Shown one piece after another: positions 39,511-53,189 of a DNA stretch of 64,000 bases. Both the position numbers and the translations under genes were made by a program. The DNA comes from Octopus vulgaris (lineage: Eukaryota), in assembly GCA_951406725.2 (NCBI GenBank), contig OX597839.1, forward strand, positions 29,202,001 to 29,266,000, written 5' to 3'. The notes under the pieces were generated by a model that made no database searches, was not told the DNA's origin, and worked only from the letters and a program-made list of their open reading frames with translations. Each line of letters starts with the position of its first letter. Position 1 is the stretch's first letter.

Positions 39511-40246
39511 TAATGAGCAAAGGGTGTAGGGTTGAGTGAGTGGATGTGGTTAAGGGTTATTATCAAGACTGGTGGTGGTGGTGGTGGCAGGTGGAGGGGG
39601 AGAGGTCAGAAGACAAGGAGAGAAAGAGAGAAAGAGAAAGAGAGAGAGAGAAAGAGATAAGGCTCCTGCTCTCCCTTTCACCACCCAAAGCCAACTTCAA
39701 ACAGTGCAAAGAGAAGGGTGTGTGTGGGGGTGGAGGTCATATGCAAGTGTGAAGGAGTTAGGGAGAGAGAGAGGGGGTGGTAGAAGGCAGAGAAGGGGGT
39801 AGTGGTGGTGGAGACACAGTAGGGAGGGGGGAGGGAGGGAGACAGTGGTGGCGGTGGTAAGATAAATAATGAGGTGTGCAGGGTAGGGGGTAGGGAGAGA
39901 GGGAGGGAGGGAGGGAGAGTGCCATCCAGCAGTGACTGCAACAGCAGCAGCAGCAACAGATTAGAAGACAAAATACGAGACAGAGGACAGCAACAGCAGA
40001 AGCAAAAGACGAGGGGGGGGGGAGTAGAGAGAGAGAGAGAGAGAGAGAAAGGGAGAGAGTGAAGGGATGGCCCGAGCTGTTGGTGGTAGATGCAAGGGTA
40101 TGAAGTACCCAAGGATATGATTATGTTACCAATGGTCTATCATATGGGATCAATGGTGGGTGATAAGGAGAAAGAAAACAAGAGAAGGAAAACCTTGCAA
40201 AGATCCAATTTGTCATTTCCTATCCGAGCAAATCCAGAGCAAATGG

Positions 40247-40316
<70 letters not shown>

Positions 40317-40709
40317 GTGGGTGGGAGAGAAGGTGGTGGTGGTAGGAGGTTGTGTGATAATATGGATAAGAAAAGGAGCAAGTGTGGGGGGAGGGGGGGT
40401 TTAGATTGGTTGGGTTTGGGAGGAGACGGGGGGAAAAGAATCAGAGAGAAGTGGGGAACTGATGTTGAGTATCGGAGTTCAAAGAGAAAGTGAAAGGGAA
40501 GCGGGGTGGGGGGGGGAGAGAAGCGCACAACAAGCTATACATGTGGGTTTATATAGAATATGCATACAGATATGCGTGTGTCTATGTATATATATATATA
40601 TGTGCATATATATACAAGTGTGTATATAAATGTATATCTATATTTATATCTATATGTATGTATATATATCTATATATATGAATGTATATATATGCATGTA
40701 TATATATGC

Positions 40710-40773
<64 letters not shown>

Positions 40774-40775
40774 GA

Positions 40776-40807
<32 letters not shown>

Positions 40808-40812
40808 GTATA

Positions 40813-40892
<80 letters not shown>

Positions 40893-41404
40893 TATCTATG
40901 TGTATATATGTGTGTGTATATCTATATATATATATATATATATAAATAGTGAAAGCTTGTGGCTTAGTGATCTTAACTTGTGCTCGTAAGATAGTGGTTT
41001 CAATTCCCAGACCAGGCAATGTACACTGTGTTCTTGAGCAAAACCCCAGTCCATTCAACCAACAAAAGTGCATAAACCTGAGATGGACGGGTGTCCCATC
41101 CGGGAAACAGCTCACGTGAGCCACATATATTTGGGGAAACATGTTATGAGCCTGTGGGTTGGGAAGGACCTAGGATCCTTTTTGACACACACACTTTGTT
41201 TGTGAATTAACTAGGCTACCATTGCTTTCATGCAAAGGGAGGTATATCTCTTAACGATTTTCTAGCTCATTGCAAGGGATGCTGGTATTTGTCTCCATCT
41301 TGGATGGTTAAGTCACATATAAAGAATATTTATCCACCAACACAGTGTTCAACACTCATTTTCATTGTCTGATATTAAAGTGTATATATATATATATATA
41401 TTCT

Positions 41405-41772
41405 TCTATTTGTTTTAGTCATTTAACTGTAGCCATGCTGGAGCACCACCCTTAGTCACACAAATCGACTCCAGAACTTATTCTTTGCAAGCCTAGTACT
41501 TATTCTGTCAGTCTCTTTTGCCGAACTGTTAAGTTACAGGGAAGTAAACACACCAATATCGGCTGTCATGCGATGGTGCGGGGACAAACACAGACACACA
41601 CATATATATATACACAATGGGTTTCTTTCAGTTTCTGTCTACCAAATCCACTCACAAGGCTTTGGTCAGCCCGAGGGTATAGTAGACACTTGGCCAAGGT
41701 GCTACGCAGTAGGACTGTACCTGGAACCATGTGGTTCGTAAGCAAGCTACTTACCACACAACCACTCCTGCA

Positions 41773-41776
<4 letters not shown>
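41405..41776 (-). mobile_element. Family B SINE
   Basis: Full-length match. Confidence 0.85.
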
Positions 41777-41816
<40 letters not shown>

Positions 41817-43059
41817 GGTCTCCTGTTGAGAACAATGTAACAATGTATAGAATTCAGAAATTCAATCATGTGAATGACCTGAGTATTCCACAGACACATG
41901 GATTCATAATGCTAATACTGAACTAGAATCAGTGACACCCACTGCATGACAGAGGGTGACAGGGGTAAGACTGGCTAGGTGCTTGTATTAGAAGTATGAT
42001 CCATCTTTTAGTCTTCCACAGTTTTTGCTCTGCTGCCCAGTTTCCCTCACAAAGCTAAAGGAAGTGTGTGTGTGTGTGTGTGCATGCATATACCAATTGA
42101 AAGTAGTCGTGTTTTGATGTAGGTCTTGAGATTCCAGAGCAAGAAATACCCCAACTTCCATCTCGAGAACCATCACAGGCAATGTATTAGCTGTCACCCA
42201 TTGTAACAGCTGTTCTGACACAATGACACAAAAGGAGACCACATGTGTAGAGTAGCACCAAGCCTACTTCTTGACTGGTTACTAATGATGACTGTCGGTT
42301 GTCTACACATCTCTGTGTCTCGGTGCATGCATGTGTCTAAGTGCATATATTATGCTTGCGTGCCAATATATGTATAGATGTGTGTATATCTATGTACATA
42401 CATATGTACACAAATGAAAACACAACACACACGAGTACACTTAAATGCATCCACAAATATTTACACAAGCATATTGTTAAATATATATATATCTTTACTC
42501 TTTTACTTGTTTCAGTCATTTGACTGTGGCCATGCTGGAGCACTGCCTTTAGTCGAGCAAATTGACCCCAGGACTTATTCTTTGTAAGCCTATTGGTCTC
42601 TTTTGCTGAACTGCTAAGTTATGGGGGACAAACACTACCCGTAAGTGTAGTGGGTGCTTTTTACGTGCCACGAACACAGGAGCCAGAGGAGGCTAGCAAC
42701 GTCCATGATTGGCTGGTGCTTTTTATGTGCCACCGGCACGGACGCCAGTCAAGGCGACGCTGGCATCAGCCACGTTCGGATGGTGCTTTTAATGTTCCAC
42801 CGGCACAGGTATCACAACTACAATTTCCATTTACCTGGTTTTCAAATCCGAGGTCTTTCCTTTCACACATCTTCAAAGGTGCAAAGCAAGCAGATGATTT
42901 GTTAACATGAAGAAAACAACAATGCTCATAGTTTGCAAATATGCTCCAGCATGACCACAGTCCAATGACTTAAACTAATAAAAGGATATTGCCCAAAGTA
43001 CAGGAAATAAACTGCATTCCAGTTTAGTAGTATATGTATATATATAATAATAATAATAG

Positions 43060-43444
43060 TAATCCTTTCTACTGGAGGCACAAGGCCTCAAATTTGGGAG
43101 AAGGGATTAAGCCTATTACATTGACCCCAGTGTGTAACTGGTACTTATTTAATTGACCCTGAAAGGATGAAAGGCAAAAGTCGACTTCAGCGGAATTTGA
43201 ACTCAGAATGTAGCAGCAGATGAAATACCTATTTCTTTACTACTCACAAGGGGCTAAACACAGAGAGGACAAACAAGGACAGACAAATGGACTGAGTCGA
43301 TTAACTGGTACTTATTTAATCGACCCTGAAAGGATGAAAGGCAAAGTCGACCTCGGCGGAATTTGAACTCAGAATGTAGCGGCAGATGAAATACCACTAA
43401 GCATTTCGCCCAGCGTGCTAACGATTCTGCTAGCTCAACACCTT
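43060..43444 (-). mobile_element. Family A SINE nested in another family A copy
   Basis: Core AACTGGTACTTATTTAAT..GACCCTGAAAGGATGAAAGGC occurs twice, with two different tails. Confidence 0.8.
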
Positions 43445-43478
43445 AATAATAATAATAATAATAATAATAATGATAATA

Positions 43479-43600
43479 ATCCAAGGAGAAAATTTTAAAA
43501 TGTTTGAATGTATCACTACATGTGTTTCTAGAAATCACATGTCTTTCGTGGAAATGCATGTAGCAATGTATTAAAATATTTATAAATTCTATCCTTGGAT
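43479..43600. repeat. Old diverged foldback inverted repeat flanked by (AAT)n and (ATT)n
   Basis: ATCCAAGGA...CTACATG...GAAA vs TTTC...CATGTAG...TCCTTGGAT, with TG/CA CpG-decay pairs. Confidence 0.75.
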
Positions 43601-43961
43601 GATTATTATTATTATTATAATTATTATTATTACTATATTTATCCTACAATATCATTACAGCTCAGTATGATCCCATAAAACTGCTGTCACAAGTTGGAAT
43701 CAGTAGGCCAGAGCCGACATAACATAGGAGCTTCTATGTGCTTACTCAGAAACGTTTCTCTTAAAGGATATATATATATATATATCATCATCATCATCAT
43801 CATTTAATATCCGTTGTCCATGCTGGCATGGGTTGGACGGATTGTCCACGGCTGGTAGGCTGAAGTGCTGCACCAGACTCCAGTCAGCTTTGGCAAAGTT
43901 TCTACAACTGGATGCACTTCCTAACGCCAACCACACCATTGTGCAATGGGTCCTGTATTCA

Positions 43962-44144
43962 GTTCCATGTGACTTAAAGGAGTCTGTCTTTTCCAGGCTT
44001 TAAATGACCAGTTCCATGTAACTTTTCACATGTCTCCAACAGAAGCCCATCTCTTTCAGGCTTTAGATTACAGATTTGGCAGTCTAGAGACAGGAAGAGA
44101 CAGGCTTCTGTTGGAGGCCGGTGAACCTTTGAGTCACATGGAAC
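43962..44144. repeat. Foldback with duplicated left arm
   Basis: GTTCCATGTGACTTAAAGG / CCTTTGAGTCACATGGAAC and CTCCAACAGAAGCC / GGCTTCTGTTGGAG; the left arm start occurs twice (43962 and 44011). Confidence 0.8.
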
Positions 44145-44604
44145 CAAATCAAACTGTTTTAAATAATACATATAACTCCTACTAAATGGGTTGCGTGCCC
44201 TTTTGTTCCATTTGTTCATTCATTCGTACACCTAGCGCACTCTTAAAAGTAGTTGGTGTTAGGAAGGGTATCCAACCATAGACACCATACCGCAACGGTC
44301 AAATTGGAATTTGGACAGTTCCCCAGCTGGTCAGCCCCTGTCAAACCATCCAACCCACGCCAGCATGGATAATGGATGTTAAACGATGATGATTTTATGT
44401 ATATATAAGATTATATATATATATAAGATTATATATATATATCAAGATTAATCAGCCGAAATTGCGAGGATGATCCGGTTCTTGACTGAAGATTGAAGGC
44501 TTCGAATGTCCCGTCCGTGTTTTTTGGATCGTCTACTAAATGTTTTGCATTCTTGTCCCAGTTTGTGTTTTTTGTTTTTTTTACACATATATATATGTGT
44601 GTGT

Positions 44605-44754
44605 GTGTGGTAAGTAGCTTGCTTACCAACCACACAGTTCCGGGTTCAGTCCCACTGCTTGGCACCTTGGGCAAGTGTCTTCTACTATAAGCCTCAGGCC
44701 AACCAAAGTCTTGTGAGTGGATTTGGTAGACGGAAACTGAAAGAAGCCCGTCCT

Positions 44755-44800
<46 letters not shown>

Positions 44801-44837
44801 GTCTGTGTGCCTGTGTTTGTCCCCCCAACATCGCTTG
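44605..44837 (+). mobile_element. Family B SINE, 5' two-thirds
   Basis: Match to the family B head and core. Confidence 0.8.
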
Positions 44838-45171
44838 TAATTTATGGACACTCTTTACATACATACATACATTTATATATATGATATTTACCACGTGAAC
44901 TACAATGAAAGAATATGAGAAAGATATGGTATATAATTGTTTTTGTGAGACCTGTAATTTATTTTAAGGGTTAGGCAAGGGTAAAAGGATTGAGATACAC
45001 TGCCCTAAACTTATTCTCTTAGACAAGCTGTATTTTAAATAGAAATAGGTTTCTATGTTTTCCATAAAGGGCTGCCAAATTCATTCATGCATGAAAAAAA
45101 TGGGTCTAAAATAGTGATGATGATGATGATGATGGTGTGTGTGTGTATCAACATCACATTCTTTTTTTCTT

Positions 45172-45482
45172 TTCTTACTTATTCCAGTCATTTTGACTGT
45201 GGCCATGCTGGAGCACTGCCTTGAAGGGTTTCAGTCGAACAAATCAACACTCAGGACTTATTTTTTTAAAGTCGTACTTACTCCATTGGTGGTCTTTTGC
45301 TGAGCTGCTAAGTTATGGGGATGAAAACACACCAACACTGGCTGTCAAGTGGCGATGGGGAGGGGGGACAAACAGAAAGAAAGACATGCACACACATATA
45401 CATACATACATATATACACACACACACACACACACTTCAGGCTTCTTTCAGTTTCCATCTACCAAATCTACTCACAAGGCTT
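45172..45482 (-). mobile_element. Family B SINE, 5'-truncated
   Basis: Match to the family B tail and middle. Confidence 0.8.
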
Positions 45483-45932
45483 TGCGCATGTTTGTACGAA
45501 TGTACGCAGGTGCATGTATGTGTGTGCATGCATGCATTTTTGGCTATTTTATTGATGCATAAACTTATGTGTGCAATGTGTAAGCTGATACATTTTAAAA
45601 TCTAGACAAATGCACACCCACCCACCCACCCAGATAGCTAGGGTATTATCAGCACAAAGCTTACTACACTCAATATTCAACCGAGGACTACTCAACAATG
45701 GTTGGGTGGAGACAGAGATTATTGAGTTCAGCCAGATGGACAACATTTAATCCATTTCAACGATCCATTGAATCTCAAACGGATTCATCAACTTCAATCT
45801 GGTGAATCCATTTGCAATTTGATGGACTGCAAAACTGGATTATAGCTTGTCTGGTGGTCTACACTCAATAAACTGAGAGAGAAAGATATATATATATATA
45901 TAGAGAGAGAGAGGTGTGTGTCTGTGTGTGTC

Positions 45933-46300
45933 TTTATTACCTCTGCCTTAGCGAAGGCAGAGGTATTGTTTTCAGTCGTGTTTCTTTGTTTGTTAATCCG
46001 TGGACAACATATCTCAAGAACTGCTGGATGGATTCGGATGAAACTCTCAGGGATGTTTGGCCTTGTGTCTGGCACAAACTGATTAGATTTTGGGATTGAT
46101 CCAGTACCAGACAAGGATTCTGGATTATTTCTCCGTTTTTTTGTTTTTTTACTTAATTGTTGAGAGTGGTCGGGTTCATTTTCAGTATTCTCATTTGTGA
46201 GAGAAGTCGAGTTTATTTCAGTTATTCTCATTTTAAAAAACCATCAGGCTAATCGTTGAGAGGACATTGGTGTTGCCTTGGCAGAGGTTTGCGCTCTCTG
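45933..46300 (+). mobile_element. Helentron-associated non-autonomous element (HINE / DINE-1-like)
   Basis: 5' TTTATT then palindrome ACCTCTGCCTT-AGCG-AAGGCAGAGGT, a (TTTG) tract, 3' subterminal repeat GGCAGAGGT (46280-46288) and a truncated 3' stem-loop GCGCTCTCTG. This is the canonical HINE architecture. Confidence 0.75.
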
Positions 46301-46827
46301 TACATTTATATTTAACACACTCCAGTACATTAAAATTGTGTTTACTGTGGGACTCTCATCTTAGAGATGAAATTTTTCATTATAGAATTTGTGTGTAAAA
46401 ACATCACACCAGACTCTGAAAATGACATCAGTGAACTGCTAGACATGTGTTTTGGCATGATTCCACCTCCTCAGTGATCAATACAGTTTTAGTCACTCGT
46501 CTGGGCGGAAACTTCTGTTCCTGTGTTGAAACAGCAGAAAATACATTTGCTGATGTAATCTGAGGCTTTGTGAAACTGTAGTTAATATAAGCCCATGAAG
46601 GAGTTATAATCAAAATAATGAGGGACTAGTGCCACGTAAAAGGCACTGGTACTGGTGCCACATAAAAAAAAAAAAGCACCCAGTGCACTCTGTAAAGTGG
46701 TTGATGTTAGAAATGGCAACCAGCTGTAGGAACTACGCCAAAACGAACTATGGAACCTGGTGCAATTCCTGGCCTTTACAGCACCTGTCGAAACATTCAA
46801 CCCATGCCAGCATGGAAAACGGCTTAG

Positions 46828-47022
46828 TGGAGACACATGGCTCAGTGGTTAGGGTGTGGGACTCGTGATCATAAGATTGTGGTTTCAATTCCTGGACCAG
46901 GTGATGCATTGTGTTCTTGAGCAAGACACTTCATTTCATGTTGCTCCAGTCCACTCCGCTGGCAAAAATGAGTAACTCTGCAATGGACTGGCCAATGATG
47001 TATAACATCTGATAGTCTGGTT
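46828..47022 (+). mobile_element. SINE with family D head/core and family C-like tail
   Basis: tRNA-like head, TGTGTTCTTGAGCAAGACACTT core, ends AACATCTGATAGTCTGG like family C. Confidence 0.7.
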
Positions 47023-47043
47023 AATAAAGTGATACACATATAA

Positions 47044-47410
47044 GTGTGGCTGTGTGGTAAGAAGTTTGCTTCCCAACCACATGGTTCTGGGGGGTTCAGC
47101 CCCACTGTGTGGCACCTTGGAGAAGTATCTTCTACTATAGCCTTCGGTCAACCAAAGCCTAGTGAGTGAATCTGGCAGATGGAAACTGAAAGAAGCCCAT
47201 CATATGTATGTGTGTGTCTTTTTTGTCCCCCCATCATTGCTTGACAACTGGCGTTGGTGTGTTTACATCCCAATAACATTGCAGTTTGGCTCTAGGCTTA
47301 AAAAAAAATTTAAAAGTCCTAAGATCTATTTGTTTGACTAAAAAAAACCATTAAGATGGTGCCCCAGCATGGCCACAGTCAAATGATTGAAACAAGTAAA
47401 AGAATAAAAG
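47044..47410 (+). mobile_element. Family B SINE
   Basis: Full-length match. Confidence 0.85.
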
Positions 47411-47422
47411 TGTGTGCTTGTG

Positions 47423-47458
<36 letters not shown>

Positions 47459-47574
47459 ATAATTAATAACAATAGTCATAACCAATAAGTCTAACATTTT
47501 ACACTAACATTGCTTCAAATTTCACATTTTCTGCCAATTTTAATTGCATTTGCTGTTATAAGGGTAAAATGATA

Positions 47575-48072
47575 AAGATACCCTTCGGTCACAAATGACA
47601 ATGGGTTTGCATCTAGAGAGTGACCCTCCGAGGCACAAGTCCAGACATGGTTGTTTATGGAAGACCAGCAGTTGCCCATGCATACCAGCTTCCCTTCTCC
47701 ACACCATTATATATATATATATAGGGTAGAGGTTAAAGTCTCCCTTCAGTCATGAATGACCATGGGATTGCACCTAGAAAGTGACCCTCCGAGGCACAAG
47801 TCCCTGCATGGTTGTTTATGGAAGACCAGCAGTTGCCTATGCATGCCAGCCTCCCCTCTCAATGCCACTGATGTTATCCAAGGGAAAGGCAAAGGGGCTG
47901 ATACAGCTTGGCACCTGTGACGTCGCAACTCATTTCTACAGCTGAGTGAACTGGAGCAACATGAAAAAGTGTCTTGCTCAAGAACACAACATACAGCCTG
48001 ATCTGGGAACTGAACTCACTACCTCATGATTGTGAGCCCGATGCTCTAACCACTGAGCCATGTGCCTTCACA
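47575..48072 (-). mobile_element. Family D SINE (Meta/V-SINE-like core TGTGTTCTTGAGCAAGACACTT...GCTCCAGTTCACTCAGCTG) with duplicated 3' end
   Basis: Full copy 47725-48072 plus a second 3' segment 47575-47705; homologous to 58860-59205. Confidence 0.8.
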
Positions 48073-48528
48073 AAGTTGCTATTATAATGAAAGAATAATT
48101 AAGATAAAATTCTTTAATATACATGCAGAAGTGTTATAGAGTGATGAGAAGAAGCTTGTAAAGACAGCTCCAATGTTTGGACATATTACGTGTGTTTATA
48201 AATACAAAGAGATAAACATGTAAAGCCTATTATTTGTGACTTTCCTTGTATATCACTCTGAAAACACACCTGAGGAATACAAGAATGGATTTACAAAGTC
48301 AACTGGGAATGGACTTCAACCCAGGATCTTGTCTGAAGATTACCTGGATTTCTATAGCAACCTGAAAACTTTGTTTGCTTGGTGCATTTGTATTAGCAGA
48401 GAGACTAAGCAGCATTTTGCCTGACTAGATAATCCCTTATAACTCTCTCTACATATATGTATTGTGCGTCACTGGATTTCTATATATTGTGAACTGAAAT
48501 GAACTACTGCTGTTTCTAGAGGACGAGT

Positions 48529-48580
48529 ATCTACCACTAAGGATGACCACAAAGAAGTTGAAACTGTACGGTCTGGTGAT
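48529..48580 (+). ncRNA. Degenerate Penelope-type hammerhead ribozyme motif
   Basis: ACCA-CUAAGGA-U-GAC(loop)GUU-GAAA-CUGUACGG-UC-UGGU: perfect 4-bp stem I, GUC triplet, stem III from an inferred ACCGUACGGU palindrome. Core G5>A and two CpG-type decays. Confidence 0.6.
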
Positions 48581-48747
48581 CTAATGGCTGCAAGATGATA
48601 AGGGTTCACTCCCTTGCTTGCAATATATACCAAGTGCAGGCTGCATCGAATAACCAAATGGATGGAGGCATCCTCCTTTACTTTAAAATAGCAGTAACGT
48701 TGGTTCCTATGGAACAGCCATGTTTAACTGACAACAAACGTTACTTC

Positions 48748-49110
48748 TCATCATCATCATCATCGTTCAGCGTCCGCTTTCCATGCTAGCATGGGTTGGA
48801 CGGTTCAATTGCGGTCTGGGAAGCCAGAAGGCTGCACCAGGCTCTAGTCTGATCTGACAATGTTTCTACGGCTGGATGCCTTTCCTAACGCTAACCACTC
48901 AGTGAGTGTAGTGGGTGCTTTTTACATGCCACTGGCACAGGGTCCAGGCGAGGCTGGCAATGGCCACGATCGGATGGTGCTTTTTACGTGCCACCGGCAC
49001 AAGGCCAGTCGGGGCAGCACTGGCAACGGCCATGATCGGATGGTTCTCTGATGTACCACCGGCACTGGTATCACAGCTACAAATTCCATTGATGTTGATT
49101 GATTTCGATT
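48748..49110 (-). mobile_element. Family E retroposon
   Basis: Three internal units, (CAT)n end. Confidence 0.8.
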
Positions 49111-50559
49111 CTCATATATCTACATACATATACACATCTGTATGCATGTTTTATATTGAATTATAATAAAACAAGTTAACGTTAAACTGAAAAATTTTTC
49201 ACACATTACGTGTTTACTGTACTCTTACAAGGAGAGAAGCAAGAATGACTTTAAAGTTGTTTTGGTATACACACACACACACAGATCTGTATGAAGCGGC
49301 TGATGTGACAATTCACACACCTCTAAGTTGTGCCATCTCCACATTCTGACATTAACGAAATTAATCTTGTTTTTATGCTGTAGGGCTATGTTTACAGTGG
49401 AAGAAAAGACCTGAGGGGAAAATGAGTAGACACTGCGACTGTCAGAGGAATGTGACCCCGAGTGAAATCCAAAGATGACAATGTTAGAAGTGATGACGAG
49501 GGGGGGGGTGCGGTGGGGGAGGATACAGCAGGCTTATAGTCGCAGAATGAGAGGCGTGAAACGAGAGAATGGTGGTGTCCATGGCAAAGAGAAAGAGATA
49601 AAGCAAGATTGGATGGAAAGAGAGGAGGAGGAGGAGGAAAAGGATAATGTTAGATTAATTAAGGAAAATAGGTAAGGAGGGAGTAAAGGTGAGAAACAAG
49701 AGAGAGAGAGAGAGAGAGAGATAAGGATGAAAGAAATGAATATTTTCATCTTTCTCTCTCTCTCTCAAAGAAATAGACAGATAGCCGGATGAATAGATAG
49801 AGATCTGGTTAAGATACAAATAGACAGAAATATAGACATATGGATGGATAAAGTGAAAGATAGGTGGAGAGACATACAGACAGATATGTCGATGATATAA
49901 ATTGAAAGATAGATGGAGATGGAGAGACAATATAAAGAGATGGGTAGGTAGAGAGGAAGATAGGTAGGTAGAGAGGTAGAAGGATAGTTCGTGAGATGCG
50001 TGTGTGTGTGTGTGTGTGTGAACCCGGCTGACATCATCGTTTGGCGCAGCAGGCAAGGATTTCGTTCTTATATAGCATAATATAATATAATAAACAACAG
50101 CCACCATTTATTCGCACCAGCCAGTGCGTCACAGGTAATGATAATAATAATAATAATAATAATAAGTTTACTTTATTAACAACCAAGGGATGACAACAAC
50201 AACACCAAAAAAGGATAAAAAAACCCCCACGAAGAATCATTAGATAAAATTATACAGCCACACACACAGAGAAAGAAAATGGAGAAATCACAGATGCACA
50301 CACACACACACACGACCACCGTTTGTTGCATTCACTTCATCCCATTCAAAAGGAAAATAATAAAATGTTTCCTTTTTTATTTTTTTTCAGAAGCAAATAA
50401 TTAGGGAAGTTCCACAAAGAATTCAACCACCACCACCACCACCATCATCATCATTACTATTATCGTAAGTATTTTTAGAAGAAATAAAACTAAAATCAAT
50501 ACCAATTCCTAAAGAAACCATTCTCTTCTTCCCTTCCTTCTGCCATGTCAGAATTCTTC

Positions 50560-51124
50560 GACTAATCCCCCCCCCGTCCCCCCCCATTCATTCATTCATT
50601 TACTTTATATTATTACGTTTCGTTCCCTATAACGTCGCTCTGCCCCCCCCCATCCGATCAATGATCGAGGCTGATTATCAAAAGCATTCCAGTCGTGACC
50701 ATCCTGTCACTGCATAACACAAATGTTTTTAGCTGTTTTTTAAAGGGGTTATTTGGCTGCTATGTCTAGCAGTAGAGTGTCTGCGCATGTGAGCGCGCGC
50801 GCGTAATTATGTACGTGTCTCGGGTCGTTTGGCCTGGCTAAGTATACACGGTATAACCAATAGCGCTCCAGCCATGAGCGTCCCGCCCTTGTTTGAAAAA
50901 ACAAACAAACAAACAGTATGTCCAAGACTATTATTTGATGTGTGGTCTTCGTGATTTCCTTTATTTCTTTTTAATTGAAAACAAAGTAGAGAGAGAGAAA
51001 GAAGGGGAGGGAGGGAGGGAGATTTGAGAAGTATTTGGCTGCTATTTCTAACATGTGAAGAGGCACCGATGAGAGAAAGAGAGAGGGCGGCCTTATTGCG
51101 CGCGACTCTTATGTATGTATGCGC

Positions 51125-51130
<6 letters not shown>
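50560..51130. promoter_or_regulatory. CpG-rich island; candidate intronic promoter/enhancer
   Basis: High CpG density against a CpG-poor background; TGCGCATGTG (NRF1-like), CCAAT, TCCCGCCC (GC-box/E2F-like), (CG)n runs. Motif-based inference only. Confidence 0.4.
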
Positions 51131-51160
<30 letters not shown>

Positions 51161-51674
51161 AGTGTGTGTGGAGTGTGTGTGGTGTGTGTGTGGTGTATGT
51201 GTGTATGGTGTGTGTAGAAATGAAGCAATAAAATAGACTAAATGATAAAATTTTAGATTACAAAAAAAAAAAGACTCTGAAAGAAATGGAAAGGTAACAC
51301 AAAAAAAAAAAAATTTAAAAATATCTCAGAAAAAAATTAAACAAAAGAAAAATGCAACTAATAAATGAATATTTCTACCCTTTTTATTTTTTGACTTTTA
51401 CAATTCTTGCTCTTGTCATTTATAATACGTGTTAAGATTCCAAGAAAAATTAGTCTTTCTTACCAAAACTAAAACCCAGGAAGAATTTTATTACAGCAAG
51501 ATTTCCACAGATTTCACCAGAAAGGTGTTTTTATCTTGACACATACAGTGTAAAAATGAATAAAATTGACATGGTTTTCAAGTCATATACTGTATAGATT
51601 AGACTTGCATGACAACATTATTCAGCAGAAGATAATAATAAAACCTCATATGGTTACATTTTTTTTATCTTTAC

Positions 51675-51728
<54 letters not shown>

Positions 51729-52777
51729 GTGTTTTTTTTTCCAATTTTTGTATACATTTTTTTAATATTTTGGTTTTGTTTGCTTTCCATTTTGTTTTGT
51801 TAAATTTTATTTTTTTTATATTTCTGTCTTCGTCTGTTTCGTATTTTTTTTTCTTTTTGACATCTCAATAAATTTATAGTTTTTATATTGATAGAAACTG
51901 CCAATAGAGGTAGCTAATGTTACTCCTGATTGAACACAGATGATATTTTTTCCTTTGTATTTTGTTTAATATATAGATGTGTGTGTGTGCATATGTGTGT
52001 ATATGCTTGCATACATACATACATACATATATATATACACACACATACATACATACCCATACATACATACACACATTTGTATATATATATATATGTATAT
52101 ATATAAATATCAATATACATATGTATGAATATATATGTATATGCATAATATATGCATGCATATATATACATATACACATATATGCATATATATACATATA
52201 TATATGTATATGTATTCATATACATATATATATATATATATCATCATCATTGCTTTGATATCATTTAATGCCTGTATTCTATGCTGGCATGGGTTGGAAG
52301 GTTCACTTGCATCCAATGAGTCTGAAGACAGCACTGGGCTCCCATATCTATTTTAACAAGATTTCTTTGGCTAGATGCTCATCCTGATACTAACCATTTA
52401 CAGAGTGTGCAGGGTGCTGTTTTTTGGCACCGGATTTAATGAAGTCACCATGTAACTCATGAAACAAGACCCCTTGACTGAGTTGGTGTGGGGAGGTGGT
52501 GGCAATATTGTGAGAGGTGGCTGTGTGCAAGGCATTTAGAGACAAAAGTATGACAGAGGGTCGGGAATAGGTGTCTTGTTGTCGAGGGGAAACATGGCCA
52601 CCACAGCTGGAAAGTGAGAGAGGAGAGTGGAAATGAAGCTTCAGGGTGCATTCTCAGGGTAAAATGAAAAAGTGGTGGATAGAGAATGGCTGGGAAGGAA
52701 AGTTCACGAGAATGGGGGGAAAATGAGATGAGAACAGAAGAGAATGCAGTGAAGAGGTGAAGGTGTAGATAATACTC

Positions 52778-52992
52778 TTTACTCTTTTACTTGTTTCAGT
52801 CACGTGACTGTGGCCATGCTGGAGCACCGCCTTTAGTCGAGCAAATCGACCCCAGGACTTAATTTTTGTAAGCCTAGTACTTATTCTATGGGTCTCTTTT
52901 GCCAAACCGCTAAGTTACAGGGACGTAAACACACTAGCATCGGTTGTCAAGCGATGTTGTGGGGGGAACAAACACAGACACACAAACATATG

Positions 52993-53036
<44 letters not shown>

Positions 53037-53189
53037 TATGACGGGCTTCTTTCAGCTTCCATCTACCAAATCCACTCACAAGGCTTTGGTCAGCCCAAGA
53101 CACTTGCCCAAGATGCCACGCAGTGGGACTGAACCTGGAACCATGTGGTTCGTAAGTAAGCTACTTACCACACAGCCACTCCTGCACCT
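52778..53189 (-). mobile_element. Family B SINE
   Basis: Full-length match. Confidence 0.85.
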
